Notes under the pieces: generated by a model | What the model was told of the DNA's origin: nothing | Databases searched by the model: none | The model's input: only the letters and a program-made list of their open reading frames with translations | Made by a program: the position numbers and the translations under genes | From: an uncultured virus (IMG/VR IMGVR_UViG_3300043427_002205) | Lineage: Duplodnaviria; Heunggongvirae; Uroviricota; Caudoviricetes | Direction: 5' to 3' (one strand) | IMG/VR virus record: IMGVR_UViG_3300043427_002205 | DNA: 64,000 nucleotides | Part shown: in pieces, positions 1 through 9,603 of the stretch | How positions within the stretch are numbered: position 1 is the first letter of the stretch | How the letters are laid out: each line of letters starts with the position of its first letter

Positions 1-1
1 A

Positions 2-178
2 AAATGTTATTTTGTCTACTGGCTGGCCAAATATGGTTTTCCACTTTGAATTTTGCGTTGAATTAACAAATAAAGACGGCTTGTATGGCACTCGTCTAAG
101 AACTCTTTCGTTGTCTTCAATGCCACGATAAAGAATGTTGTCTCTGACTAGAAAAAAATTTGTATATTGCTTGTTCAT
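2..178 (-). CDS. gp43: DNA polymerase B (T4 gp43-like), N-terminal fragment running off the window edge
   Basis: Not in ORF track. Own translation from ATG at 178: MNKQYTNFFLVRDNILYRGIEDNERVLRRVPYKPSLFV..., matching the T4-like gp43 N-terminus (YTN...RG.E.G.R...PTLF). Position downstream of regA fits. Confidence 0.8.
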   Translation of the reverse strand, partial: MNKQYTNFFLVRDNILYRGIEDNERVLRRVPYKPSLFVNSTQNSKWKTIFGQPVDKITF

Positions 179-186
179 ATTGCAAG

Positions 187-215
187 ATCATAACATAGTC
201 AACTAATTACGTCAA
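187..215 (-). promoter_or_regulatory. Sigma70-like (early) promoter for gp43
   Basis: TTGACG-N17-TATGAT with extended -10 TG, ending 8 nt before the ATG at 178. Confidence 0.6.
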
Positions 216-292
216 CTGATATATTATGCAATGAGCTATTCGATTTTATCGAATACGTGCTATTTACCGCAGTCAACTAATTGCATCAACTG
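197..292. repeat. Two 22-bp direct repeats upstream of gp43
   Basis: agtcaactaattacgtcaactg (197-218) and agtcaactaattgcatcaactg (271-292), 2 mismatches. Confidence 0.85.
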
Positions 293-297
293 TTATA

Positions 298-594
298 CTA
301 TGCAAGGGTCTTTGGTATTATGATACCACTTCCGAATAAGGAATTATATTTGTTTAGTAGTTCTACTATTGGCTCATATGAGCAGACCATTGAAGACTTT
401 CTTATAGTAAATTTTTTGCTGTCTGCAAGAGGTGCAAACGGAGACAAATATATCGTAGTAGATTCAGGGTTATTTTGAGAGGGAGCTTGATGAACAACCA
501 CGACATTTTCAATTACAATAGTATCATCACACTCTGAAATTTTACCGCCCAATAACTCTTCACCTGTAATAAGCCTAATCACCAAAGCACTCAT
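298..594 (-). CDS. Conserved T4-like hypothetical protein (Sm-like fold likely)
   Basis: IRLITGEELLG...IENVV...LSPFAP...ELLNKYNSLFGSGIIIP, the small gene commonly found just upstream of gp43 in T4-like phages. Confidence 0.7.
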   Translation of the reverse strand: MSALVIRLITGEELLGGKISECDDTIVIENVVVVHQAPSQNNPESTTIYLSPFAPLADSKKFTIRKSSMVCSYEPIVELLNKYNSLFGSGIIIPKTLA

Positions 595-597
595 AAT

Positions 598-1035
598 TTA
601 CCTCAAAAATAATTCTTTTTCTGCTGTGCGCCGTCTAGTTAACCCAGGTAAAACTTTACCTTTTGCTTTATTCCATCTAGAAAATTCTTCAGCGGCACCC
701 AAAAAATCTTTTGCATTTATCTTTTTTAGTAGAGTGGACTTTTTAAAATTTTCAGCGCCCAAATTATAAACAAAAGATACTAAAGCATCAAACTGAGTTT
801 GAGTTAATTCAACTTTAACTAAAAAATTTATAGAATCCTCAAATCGTTTAAGGTCTTGTTCTAATAAAACATTAGCCTCGTCTACAGTAACTTTATGGCC
901 GCTATTCACTGGATTTCCATTAATTTTGGTTGTACCAAATCCTATTGTTAGAACTCCAGCGGGACACAAATATGGGAAAGCACTAAAGCCTTCGTACATT
1001 TTTATTAAGTTTTTTCCATCTTTTCCGGTTTTCAT
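598..1035 (-). CDS. Endolysin, GH24 phage lysozyme
   Basis: YEGF...YLCPAGVLTIGFGTT, QFDALVSFVYNLG, GLTRRRTAEKELF. Confidence 0.95.
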   Translation of the reverse strand: MKTGKDGKNLIKMYEGFSAFPYLCPAGVLTIGFGTTKINGNPVNSGHKVTVDEANVLLEQDLKRFEDSINFLVKVELTQTQFDALVSFVYNLGAENFKKSTLLKKINAKDFLGAAEEFSRWNKAKGKVLPGLTRRRTAEKELFLR

Positions 1036-1042
1036 ATAACAG

Positions 1043-1050
1043 TATTTATA
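1043..1050 (-). promoter_or_regulatory. T4-type late promoter (TATAAATA) for lysozyme
   Basis: Exact TATAAATA 7 nt upstream of the ATG at 1035. Confidence 0.75.
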
Positions 1051-1744
1051 ACGCCTCTTTATTTACCACTATGGTATGATATTTGCCCAAATTTAATAAG
1101 TTAAAACTAAACGCCGAATTTACTGGATTATAAGACTCGTCACATATTGATGCATTACAAAAATTTACATTCGGCAGCGCATCGCTAATATAATGCCCAT
1201 TTCCATCGTGTATGTGACCGAACACATGTAAAAATAGGTCTTTCAATTCACGCACTTTATTTAGTAAGTCAATACAACCCACATGATTATTATTAACCAT
1301 GTCACCTATTCCAAAAGGAGGCCCATGTGTTATTAAAACTTGAGTGTCTGCTGGTATATTATTCCAGACCGCTTGTATTTTTTCGCCTCGGTCTAAATTA
1401 AATGCCCAATTAAAAAATGTTGGCTGCCACGGAGATCCGTAAAATTTAATTCCCTCAAAAATAAATTCAGAGTCTTCTAAATACTCAACCTTATCATTAA
1501 ATGTAGATTTCAACACTTCGATGGCTAAAGTTTTTTGCTTCATTAAGCACCAGTCGTGATTTCCCGCAATTAGAAATGCTTTTTTAAATGCGCTTTCATA
1601 CTTTTTTAGCCACTTTACAAAATTTTCAAATTGCCAGATTTCTCCGCTAGAGCATACATCTCCAGATATTATTAATACATCGCATTCGGGTATAGTTAAT
1701 CTATTCTGTTTGCAGTGTGTATCTGAGATGCAAAGTATTTTCAT
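1046..1744 (-). CDS. Calcineurin-like metallophosphoesterase
   Basis: ISDTH, SGD, AGNHD, ITHGPP, FGHIH motifs. Confidence 0.92.
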   Translation of the reverse strand: MKILCISDTHCKQNRLTIPECDVLIISGDVCSSGEIWQFENFVKWLKKYESAFKKAFLIAGNHDWCLMKQKTLAIEVLKSTFNDKVEYLEDSEFIFEGIKFYGSPWQPTFFNWAFNLDRGEKIQAVWNNIPADTQVLITHGPPFGIGDMVNNNHVGCIDLLNKVRELKDLFLHVFGHIHDGNGHYISDALPNVNFCNASICDESYNPVNSAFSFNLLNLGKYHTIVVNKEAL

Positions 1745-2271
1745 GATTGAGTTCCGGTTGAGCCGAATCCACCAACTCGATTTGACTTTTGTGTTGGTTC
1801 AATGTCAGTTTCAATAAGAGTTGCTCTACTATCGACAACAAGTTCAGCCTGACATATTCTAGTTCCGTGTGTGAGTATTTGGTCAAAAGAACTGATGTTA
1901 TGAATTGGAACAAAAACCTCATCAAAGTAATCTTCGTCAATAACGCCCTCACAATTAACTAGTGTGAGTCCATTCTTAATTGAAATTCCACTTCTGGGGT
2001 GAAGTCTTATAGAACAATTTATTGGAATTCTAAATTTTAAACCAGTTGGCACCAGCACCCTAGCCATTGAAGGAATTGTAAGTCTACCGTTTTCTATAAA
2101 CAACTCTGAAACATCCTCAAATCTTTTATCTCCAAACTGTTTTGGCACAAACGCTTTTATTAGAGAGTCTGAGGTCAAGCAAGCCGATAGATCAAAACAA
2201 GCTGAGTATGTTGTTGCATACTTAGGAATAATCGCCTCTGGCTTAGACTTAAAAATGTATAATGTATTCAT
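1741..2271 (-). CDS. dut: Trimeric dUTPase
   Basis: SACFDL, PRSG, GVIDEDY, RICQ, RVGGFGSTG motifs. Confidence 0.95.
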   Translation of the reverse strand: MNTLYIFKSKPEAIIPKYATTYSACFDLSACLTSDSLIKAFVPKQFGDKRFEDVSELFIENGRLTIPSMARVLVPTGLKFRIPINCSIRLHPRSGISIKNGLTLVNCEGVIDEDYFDEVFVPIHNISSFDQILTHGTRICQAELVVDSRATLIETDIEPTQKSNRVGGFGSTGTQS

Positions 2272-2286
2272 AATATAATCACTTAA

Positions 2287-2709
2287 CTATTTTTTATTTC
2301 TACTATTGCCAATATTATATTTTGCTTCTAACTTCCAGTTAACTTTATCTTTAAACGGAACTATTTGTATAGAAGATATTGGGCAAATAGGAGACTCGCA
2401 CTTATGCTTATCAACAATCGATATTAATTTCCATTCACTTAGAACATTAACTATTGTATTTCTTCTAGCTATATCATCTTGAGTAAAATCTGTTGGTTTT
2501 CCGTCTAACTTAAACAGCTCTTTGAAATGAACTATGAAATATCTACTCTCTTTAGTATCTTTATCACGTTTATGTAGAATGTGGCAAGATTGAAATAGAA
2601 TTCTTTCTCTTTTAGATGATACGCCTATTCTAGTTAATGTTTCTTTAACTTTCAAAAAATCTTCTGGCGTAGCCAATTTAATTTCTACCAATGAATCAAT
2701 AGCGCTCAT
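2287..2709 (-). CDS. regA: Translational repressor RegA
   Basis: DFLKVKETLTRIG, LFQSCHILHK, YFIVHFKELF.LDG, ARRNTI. Confidence 0.97.
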   Translation of the reverse strand: MSAIDSLVEIKLATPEDFLKVKETLTRIGVSSKRERILFQSCHILHKRDKDTKESRYFIVHFKELFKLDGKPTDFTQDDIARRNTIVNVLSEWKLISIVDKHKCESPICPISSIQIVPFKDKVNWKLEAKYNIGNSRNKK

Positions 2710-2722
2710 ATATTACATAACT

Positions 2723-2926
2723 CTATTTTCGCCCCCCAAAAACATTAAATAAAAATGTAAGTATATTACTTTTTGGTTTGGGCAACACAATCTTATTGAT
2801 GTCTTTTAAAATAGAAATACAATCTTTTATATTTTGATTGTTATCTTCTATTAAAATTTCTATTTGCTTAAGAGTTCTTATCAACTCTTTAGCATATTCG
2901 TTATATTTATCTTCCATTTTTACCAC
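2723..2926 (-). CDS. Hypothetical protein
   Basis: Fills the gap between gp62 and regA in operon orientation. Confidence 0.55.
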   Translation of the reverse strand: MVKMEDKYNEYAKELIRTLKQIEILIEDNNQNIKDCISILKDINKIVLPKPKSNILTFLFNVFGGRK

Positions 2927-3305
2927 CTTTATTGAGTTTACTCTTCATATACTCAATATCACTCTCGGAAAACAATCTTAAAAGCTCTTTGGCTTTTTTA
3001 TCACTACAGCCATGATATTCAGCGATGACATCTATTAAGTCTTGCTTGGTATGTTTTATGTATTTAAAAAACCGCTTATTCTTCTTAATTGCATGAAAGT
3101 AGTAATCATATTGCATGTCTTTAGGAAGATGCGCATTGCAATTCATCTCTTGAGCATACATTATAGTGTCTATACTCATAGACAACCACCGATTTACCAT
3201 GTATGGATTATATTGAGATATGGCATCTTCGTTAATAGTGCCGGTTTTTGTATATGATATATCATTTAGTATATCAAATATTTTTAGGTCAGAATCTTTT
3301 GACAC
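2907..3305 (-). CDS. gp62: Clamp loader small subunit
   Basis: YNPYMVNRWLS, EMN, QYDYY, KRFFKY; synteny 45-44-62-regA. Confidence 0.9.
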   Translation of the reverse strand: MSKDSDLKIFDILNDISYTKTGTINEDAISQYNPYMVNRWLSMSIDTIMYAQEMNCNAHLPKDMQYDYYFHAIKKNKRFFKYIKHTKQDLIDVIAEYHGCSDKKAKELLRLFSESDIEYMKSKLNKGGKNGR

Positions 3306-4255
3306 TACTTAAACTCCGAGGTTAAGCCCAATTCTATTAAACATGCCATTAGATTTATTTCAGTATCAGCGACTAAAGTATTCATATACTTTGCGATAAT
3401 AAGAATTGCATTTGGTATTGAAGATGGAGTCAAATTATCTTTTAAATTATCATATAACTTTCTATATATAGTGGTGGGATCATTTTCTAAATTTTCAACC
3501 ACCCACTCTCTAACCTCTTGAAACTTCTTATCTTTCATGCTTCGATACAATTTGGTTATATTTACATCGCCAGCAAAAGATAATATACCCTCGTCTATTT
3601 TGCCATACTGTTGACTGAATGCCTGAAGTTCGTTTAATAGTCGCCTAAAGTCTGGAAAAAATTTAACTACAATAGAAGCAAGAGCCTTTCCGTCATACTC
3701 AACGCCCTCGGCCTGAAGTATAGCAACAACTCTCTTATAGCACTGAGCTATCAGCTCTTGCTTCTCATCTTTAGGTATTCTAAACTCTTTTATTGAACAC
3801 CTAGATTGAAGTGGCTCAATAATTTTATTTTTAAAATTGCAAGTGAGAATAAATGAGCAGTTTGCGGAGAATTCTTCCATAACACCACGAAGTGCTGGCT
3901 GAAAGCTCTGTGGATTTAAGTAGTCGGCCTCATCTAGTATAATTACCTTTCTTTTACCATTAAAAGAAAGGCCAGAGGCAAACTGCTTAACCGTAGTTCT
4001 CAGGGTATCAATGTTTCTATCGTCAGATGCATTGATTACGATATTTGAATATTCAAGCTCTTCACATAAGGCTTTTGCTACCGTGGTTTTACCTATACCC
4101 GCACTACCGCATAGCAGCATGTGTGGTAACTTTCCACCATTTACTATACCCAAAAAGGTGTCTTTTAAATTTTTGGGCAAAATGCACTCATCAACCTTAC
4201 GTGGACGATACTTTTCCATCCAGACAATATGTTTTCTATTTTCACTAATTTGCAT
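3305..4255 (-). CDS. gp44: Clamp loader large subunit (RFC-like AAA+)
   Basis: WMEKYRP, GSAGIGKTT, ILDEAD, PLQSRC. Start reassigned to ATG at 4255 (MQISEN); the track ORF starts at 4318. Confidence 0.95.
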   Translation of the reverse strand: MQISENRKHIVWMEKYRPRKVDECILPKNLKDTFLGIVNGGKLPHMLLCGSAGIGKTTVAKALCEELEYSNIVINASDDRNIDTLRTTVKQFASGLSFNGKRKVIILDEADYLNPQSFQPALRGVMEEFSANCSFILTCNFKNKIIEPLQSRCSIKEFRIPKDEKQELIAQCYKRVVAILQAEGVEYDGKALASIVVKFFPDFRRLLNELQAFSQQYGKIDEGILSFAGDVNITKLYRSMKDKKFQEVREWVVENLENDPTTIYRKLYDNLKDNLTPSSIPNAILIIAKYMNTLVADTEINLMACLIELGLTSEFK

Positions 4256-4292
4256 AATATAATTAATAAGATAAGCACTGTTAAGATTAATT

Positions 4293-4526
4293 CTACTGCG
4301 TTTTTGATGCCAAATCAAGCTCTTTTATAGCAACTTCAGTCAACTCTGCAATATGTTTGATATCAGTGTCATCTAGATTTTTTTCTGAATGTTTTTGAAG
4401 TAGAGATGCAAATATGACAGATTTTGACAATAGGTATATGTTATATTTTACCATATGACCTAGAACAAAATAGTCTTTATTTTTTTCACTATTTTTGAAT
4501 ATGGTCGCCAGCAATTTCTTCAACAT
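4293..4526 (-). CDS. Hypothetical protein
   Basis: ORF in operon orientation between gp45 and gp44. Confidence 0.5.
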   Translation of the reverse strand: MLKKLLATIFKNSEKNKDYFVLGHMVKYNIYLLSKSVIFASLLQKHSEKNLDDTDIKHIAELTEVAIKELDLASKTQ

Positions 4527-4689
4527 TAGTTTTACTTTCCATTAATTCAATAAACTTTTTCCACTCTTTTATTTTAGAGTTTAGTTTTATCTTTTTATAA
4601 GAACTTTTAGCATTAACGAGCTGAGACTCTAATGCGTCAACAGCTCGTTTTGCATATGATATTGGGTCTTTTAATAATTCGATAGACAT
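4489..4689 (-). CDS. Hypothetical protein
   Basis: ORF starting immediately after the gp45 stop. Confidence 0.55.
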   Translation of the reverse strand: MSIELLKDPISYAKRAVDALESQLVNAKSSYKKIKLNSKIKEWKKFIELMESKTNVEEIAGDHIQK

Positions 4690-4690
4690 A

Positions 4691-5383
4691 TTATGCTTCC
4701 ATTACGACCCAATATTGAACACCCGTGTTCTTGCCGATAAAATGTGCTACCGATGGTGAAAGTTCAACATCATATGTGTCTGAGATTATTTTCAGATTTT
4801 CAAACAGCATATTAAATGTCTGATCAAATTCTCCTCTAGTCTTGCTAGATAAAGTTACCGTGTACTTGTTCTGAGTAGACTTTGATGCCAAATCACGAAC
4901 TACAATCTTAATTGAATCTTGACTGCCAATAAAACTAATGTGAGTTAGAGATAGTAAAGATGCACTGAGGCGTATCGACTTAAGATCTGATTCAGTTACG
5001 GTAAACCTATGCACTATTGAATCTTCATGAAATACTGTAGGAATCTTATTTCTAGTTGGCATAGCATCTTGAACATTAGTTGGGTCTGAATAAAAATAAT
5101 CTAATGTTGAACTTGATGCCTCATTTGAAAATACAACCTTATCATCTTCAAAAATAAGAGATGAGTTCTGTTGTGCGCTATTGACCGCTAAAAATTCTCC
5201 GAGGTTGTATATTGCAAAATCTTTCTCAAACGGAACATCTAGCTCGGCATCTGCAACAATTCTAAGTTGAGGATCAACAGTAACTAATGATGAGTGCTTT
5301 CTAATAAAAATTGAGTTGTTGATTTCAGAAAAATTCTTTAGTATTTTTAGTGTGGTATCAGATAGTTTCATTGTATTCTCCAT
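4691..5383 (-). CDS. gp45: Sliding clamp
   Basis: MKLSDTTLKILKNFSEINNSI, FAIYNLGEFL, ENLKII...YDV, QYWVVME. Confidence 0.93.
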   Translation of the reverse strand: MENTMKLSDTTLKILKNFSEINNSIFIRKHSSLVTVDPQLRIVADAELDVPFEKDFAIYNLGEFLAVNSAQQNSSLIFEDDKVVFSNEASSSTLDYFYSDPTNVQDAMPTRNKIPTVFHEDSIVHRFTVTESDLKSIRLSASLLSLTHISFIGSQDSIKIVVRDLASKSTQNKYTVTLSSKTRGEFDQTFNMLFENLKIISDTYDVELSPSVAHFIGKNTGVQYWVVMEA

Positions 5384-5392
5384 AATAAAATG

Positions 5393-5416
5393 TGCGTCCC
5401 CAATATTGGGGACGCA
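5393..5416 (-). terminator. Intrinsic terminator-like hairpin
   Basis: Perfect palindrome tgcgtccccaatattggggacgca followed on the minus strand by CATTTTATT. Confidence 0.7.
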
Positions 5417-5429
5417 AGCGTGTTCTTAT

Positions 5430-5696
5430 TTATACATACCAATAGGTATCTGTAGTAAGATTCTTTGGTAGAGAAGTAGAAACCAAAGTATATGCGGTAA
5501 CTGAGCGACCACGATTTGCCCCTCCACGAACTACATACTTTTGCGTAGAAATGTCAAATCCAGCCTCTCGGAGATCATAAATTCTAGCAGCAAGCCTACG
5601 AATTCCATATCTCGACTTTGCCTCGGCCTTAGTTATGTGCTTTCCGGTTCTAAGCCTACGAAACAACTTTTGATTTTGACTCAACTTATTCATCAT
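5430..5696 (-). CDS. Winged helix-turn-helix DNA-binding protein
   Basis: SQNQKL...GKHITKAEA...YGIRRLAARIYDLREAG. Start probably ATG at 5696/5693 rather than 5747. Confidence 0.75.
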   Translation of the reverse strand: MMNKLSQNQKLFRRLRTGKHITKAEAKSRYGIRRLAARIYDLREAGFDISTQKYVVRGGANRGRSVTAYTLVSTSLPKNLTTDTYWYV

Positions 5697-5756
5697 TAAC
5701 ACCTTAATTTTATACATTATTAAAAGATAGCATAAAAGAATTTTCATGCTATCTCA

Positions 5757-5785
5757 GCTATACTACTTTTACTACTTATTGTCAA
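5757..5785 (-). promoter_or_regulatory. Sigma70-like promoter for the HTH gene
   Basis: TTGACA-N17-TATAGC, followed by an inverted repeat (agatagcat...atgctatct, about 5723-5754) in the leader. Confidence 0.65.
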
Positions 5786-5789
5786 TACG

Positions 5790-7007
5790 CTACTTTAGAA
5801 TTTCATACAAAGATGATTCTGTTGACGAATTGGCACTTTCATTTACGTTATTAGGCAACTCAGAATCAACAAAAACTTTTTTGTATTCATCAATGGCATC
5901 GTAAAAATCCATAAATGATGTTTTTGTATATGAATCAAACCTAGATATACAAAGTTCTATGGCTTGTCGTCTAATACCATAAATTCTATTTTTATGCTCT
6001 GCCGGAGATTCAGCGTCATCGGTTGACGGATGACCCAATATAGCATAGGCATTGGCTATGTGAACTAAACGCCTAGTGCTTATTAAGTCATTTATTCCTC
6101 CGCTTTCATACGTTTTTCTTGTACCATTTGCCCAAGATACAAGTTTCATTATAAAATCTGAAGTGTGTTCGCCTCCAAGACTGTTGTTTGTAAATACATT
6201 TGCCAATATATTTCTCTCAATGCCTTCTGTCGGATAACCCTGCTCTATAGTTGCACAAAATCTCTCAAGAAATGCCTCATTAAGAATGTTTGTGCCAATG
6301 AATTTGCCACTTTCAGAGCCTTGACCTTTGGTGTTAGCAGTTGCGATTATATTGAATCCTGAATTGGGCTCAACAAATTGATTAATCTTCTTCAAGAAGA
6401 TTCCCTTGCCCTCAAGAACTGGCTGTAAGCAAAGAAGTTTATTACTACCCAAGTCAACCTCATCTAATAGAAGAACGCTACCAGTCTTCATAGCTCTAAT
6501 AACTGGACCATCAAACCACTTAGTGCAGTCATTAACTAATCTAAAGCCACCAAGAAGATCATCCTCATCGGTCTCTATTGTAATATTGACTCGATATAAA
6601 GACCGATTATTTCTGGCGCAAGCCTGTTCTACTGAAAATGTTTTGCCATTACCGGACAAACCTGTTATGAATATAGGATAAAACTTTTTTGATTTGATTA
6701 TTGAAGATAGTAAATTGAAATCGCCATATTTGACAAAATTTTCGTCTACTTTTGGTATCAAATTAGACTGCTCTTCAGGCTTTGCCATATTCATTTCAGC
6801 TACACTAGATGTAGGGCCAGTTGAATTTTTTGCGAGGCTATATTGTCCGTGTGATACTTTATATCTAGGATCAGAGATAAACCAACCAACATTACTATAG
6901 CCATTTTGAACATTAAATTCATTAAGTTCACATCTTTTAAATGTGGCGTTTGAAAATCTTTTAGCTAACTCTTGTAGATACTGCTCACGGTTATTATTAG
7001 TATTCAT
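5790..7007 (-). CDS. cobS: CobS/MoxR-like AAA+ ATPase
   Basis: FITGLSGNGKT, TDEDDLLGG, LLLDEVD, ATANTKGQG, LNEAFLERF, ISTRRLVHI. Confidence 0.92.
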   Translation of the reverse strand: MNTNNNREQYLQELAKRFSNATFKRCELNEFNVQNGYSNVGWFISDPRYKVSHGQYSLAKNSTGPTSSVAEMNMAKPEEQSNLIPKVDENFVKYGDFNLLSSIIKSKKFYPIFITGLSGNGKTFSVEQACARNNRSLYRVNITIETDEDDLLGGFRLVNDCTKWFDGPVIRAMKTGSVLLLDEVDLGSNKLLCLQPVLEGKGIFLKKINQFVEPNSGFNIIATANTKGQGSESGKFIGTNILNEAFLERFCATIEQGYPTEGIERNILANVFTNNSLGGEHTSDFIMKLVSWANGTRKTYESGGINDLISTRRLVHIANAYAILGHPSTDDAESPAEHKNRIYGIRRQAIELCISRFDSYTKTSFMDFYDAIDEYKKVFVDSELPNNVNESANSSTESSLYEILK

Positions 7008-7048
7008 TTATATCACCCAATGCATAATGTTTAACAACTTATAATGAA

Positions 7049-7077
7049 AGCATATCACAAAAAAATTATTATTGCAA
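7049..7077 (-). promoter_or_regulatory. Sigma70-like promoter for cobS
   Basis: TTGCAA-N17-TATGCT, with TGTGATATGCT identical to the motif at 12156-12166. Confidence 0.6.
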
Positions 7078-7090
7078 TATATTTTTTATA

Positions 7091-8026
7091 CTATTCACTA
7101 TAATTTGTTATGAGGCGCATTCCAAAATTATTTGGTTCGGCGGGCAATAACACAGTTGGTTTCAATTTAAGTTTATTCTTTTTAAATGGTCTATAATCTA
7201 CGTAATGATGCCAGCGATCATATCGCCATACCACCTTGCACACATCTGGATATATATCTGCCAACATTTTAGATTTGGCTAATGTACCAACACTATTGTA
7301 CCTATGACCCTCAGTATCTACTCTGGTGTCAGACTTTATAGCTTCTCCAGTCTGTGGATTAATTCCAACTTCATAATGATAAAACTCGTCGGTGCAGCCA
7401 CCTTTAACCGTTTGTGTTGCACACTTGCCCTGCATAAATGCATTAAATTGAATTGTGCAGTCGCCATCACTTAGAACATCTAAACTCAATATAGTATCTT
7501 CATTGTACCTGCCACGCCATCTATGCTTGCAGTCATTTCGTATCAGCAGACATGAGTATATGCGAGTATTCATGAAGAATGGCGGATAAGGTAGATTTGG
7601 ATTCAAAAAGAATCTGTACTGCAAGCCCGATACCGGCACATTCTCATATCTTTCTACGAATTCTTCACATATATAAAATATTACCCCGCTTTCGACTCGT
7701 ATTCTCTGATTTTCATGCAAGCGATAAAAATCAGCTATATTATCATCCATAACCCAATGATATGTTGCGCCAATTGAGATTGAGTGGTCCCACGCAAAAT
7801 TTCTAGCTCTGCCAGGACCATCTCCATGATTTGAGAATGGCGCAACAATTAATGATGCATATGGTGCAAGTTTAAATTTTTCAATGGCTTTTTGATATGG
7901 ATCATAATCTTGAGGCTCAACTACAATAGAATGAGGCACTTTCATGCGACTCAAACTTCGTGAAGTGATCATACTATTTGATCTGCCTTTAGATACAATA
8001 TATACCGGATGTTTAGGATTTGTCAT
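7091..8026 (-). CDS. GT-A fold glycosyltransferase, TET-associated/GREB1-like (TAGT) family
   Basis: PVYIVSKGR, VVEPQD, GPGRARNFAWDHS, HWVMDDNI, NTRIYSCLLI, RWRGRYNEDT.LSL, KGG.T, RWHHYVDY. Confidence 0.8.
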   Translation of the reverse strand: MTNPKHPVYIVSKGRSNSMITSRSLSRMKVPHSIVVEPQDYDPYQKAIEKFKLAPYASLIVAPFSNHGDGPGRARNFAWDHSISIGATYHWVMDDNIADFYRLHENQRIRVESGVIFYICEEFVERYENVPVSGLQYRFFLNPNLPYPPFFMNTRIYSCLLIRNDCKHRWRGRYNEDTILSLDVLSDGDCTIQFNAFMQGKCATQTVKGGCTDEFYHYEVGINPQTGEAIKSDTRVDTEGHRYNSVGTLAKSKMLADIYPDVCKVVWRYDRWHHYVDYRPFKKNKLKLKPTVLLPAEPNNFGMRLITNYSE

Positions 8027-8038
8027 ATCAATACTAAA

Positions 8039-8887
8039 TTATAAAGAACCGAAGTTTGCAAAACTTAACTTACTGCCGGTAGCTCGTTTCCAGTCAATTT
8101 TACAATTTGGACTATTTCTATATCCTTGAACGATAGTACCATCATTATTGTATCTAATCTTAAAAACTCCAGGAAACAGACTTTCTATGAATTTAAAATC
8201 TTCAACAGACTGTTGCATTGACTGATCGTCCCAGCAAAATGATGATATTTTTTTCTCAACGCTTATGTTTCTATCTAACACATATTCTTCAGTAACTCGG
8301 TTTTTTAAACCAAAACCAAGAACATAAAGAGTAAATACAACATCTTCGGCAACACTAGTCTCGCCCAATTTCATTTGGTTTAAAAAAGGATAAATATCAT
8401 TTCCGTTTATAAAGAATATTCCAAAAGACACGGCTGATGACTCTTTATATAGCCTCTTGCCAGGAGGAAAGTTTGACATTGCACAACTGCACAAAGACAC
8501 ATCATCTAACCACTTATCAAACATAGAAAACATATCAAAAAAGTCTTCGTGAGTTAAAACTCTTTTTGACTTTTCCATGTTTGATGTGTGCTGATATGCA
8601 GAGAAATATTTTGAATTTCGTCTGGCAATAACAAGATCATCATCTAGCATTGCATATTTTATTTTTCCGGCAGAATTATATATAAATTCTCGTGTTTTTG
8701 CAAGATACTTAGTTTTTCTTTCTTTTGTGTTGGGTAAAATCAAATATTCACAATCATATTGATATTGAGGTCTTTCCCATTCTTGAACTACAAATACTAC
8801 CCTCTTCTTCAACTCTTCAGGAAGAGAGTTATATGTAATTTGATTGTTAACTCGATTAACTGTAGGTATGTAAATTTTTTCTATCAT
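8039..8887 (-). CDS. Second, divergent TAGT/GREB1-like GT-A glycosyltransferase
   Basis: IYIPTVNR, VVQEWE, AKTREFI, YAMLDDDL (DxD), AEDV. Confidence 0.7.
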   Translation of the reverse strand: MIEKIYIPTVNRVNNQITYNSLPEELKKRVVFVVQEWERPQYQYDCEYLILPNTKERKTKYLAKTREFIYNSAGKIKYAMLDDDLVIARRNSKYFSAYQHTSNMEKSKRVLTHEDFFDMFSMFDKWLDDVSLCSCAMSNFPPGKRLYKESSAVSFGIFFINGNDIYPFLNQMKLGETSVAEDVVFTLYVLGFGLKNRVTEEYVLDRNISVEKKISSFCWDDQSMQQSVEDFKFIESLFPGVFKIRYNNDGTIVQGYRNSPNCKIDWKRATGSKLSFANFGSL

Positions 8888-9603
8888 GTCATAATATCCT
8901 GAAATGAAGTTGGAATAACATCATATATTCCATTTGACAGCATGTATTTTCTCTTATCAAAATTTATTTTTCTCAACGGACCGCCTAGATGATCTATATA
9001 TAAACCCTTTCTATACCACGCCCCCCACTTCTCATCAAGCTCATTATATTTTCCGTCAAAATGCTCAACTATTAGTTTGTTCATCATGGTTTGATCATGC
9101 TCATGATTATCAAACTTATAGAGATAGCTTCTCCAAGAATCTCTGGTTTTATCAAGAAACTCTTTGCTTATCAACATTACTCCGGCACAAAATGGCCTAT
9201 AATCACTAGAGGCGTCTAATAGCTTTATGTCATCGCTTCGCCTCTGCTGTATTTTTACGTCTAATTTATCCCAACGATTATTTCTAACTGCACTTAAATG
9301 ATGTCCTTTAAATAATGAGAATATATCAGGACAAGTTGGAAAAATTATGGCATCCATGTCAAGATATAAAATTTGATCGTAGTTTAACTCATACATTTTA
9401 AATCTTTGAAATGTAGGATGCTTATCAGGAAGATAATTGCAATCAGTTATTTGCAGATAGTCTGCGTTCCATTTGTTTGCAAATCGTTTAGCTTGAAGTT
9501 CGCTAATGTAATACAAATCATCGATGACCTTAAAAGACCTACCAACCGAAAATTTCTGCGTTGATTTCAGTTTAACATTGGTTTGTAATATTAAGCGACT
9601 CAT
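8884..9603 (-). CDS. GT-A glycosyltransferase (GT8/GT34-like)
   Basis: YDQILYLDMDAII (DxD), FCAGVML, HDQTMMN, LDEKW, IDH. Confidence 0.75.
   Translation of the reverse strand: MSRLILQTNVKLKSTQKFSVGRSFKVIDDLYYISELQAKRFANKWNADYLQITDCNYLPDKHPTFQRFKMYELNYDQILYLDMDAIIFPTCPDIFSLFKGHHLSAVRNNRWDKLDVKIQQRRSDDIKLLDASSDYRPFCAGVMLISKEFLDKTRDSWRSYLYKFDNHEHDQTMMNKLIVEHFDGKYNELDEKWGAWYRKGLYIDHLGGPLRKINFDKRKYMLSNGIYDVIPTSFQDIMT

Noticed and set aside
1701..1952. 83-aa ORF overlapping dut
   Set aside because: Alternative frame of a conserved gene without supporting signals
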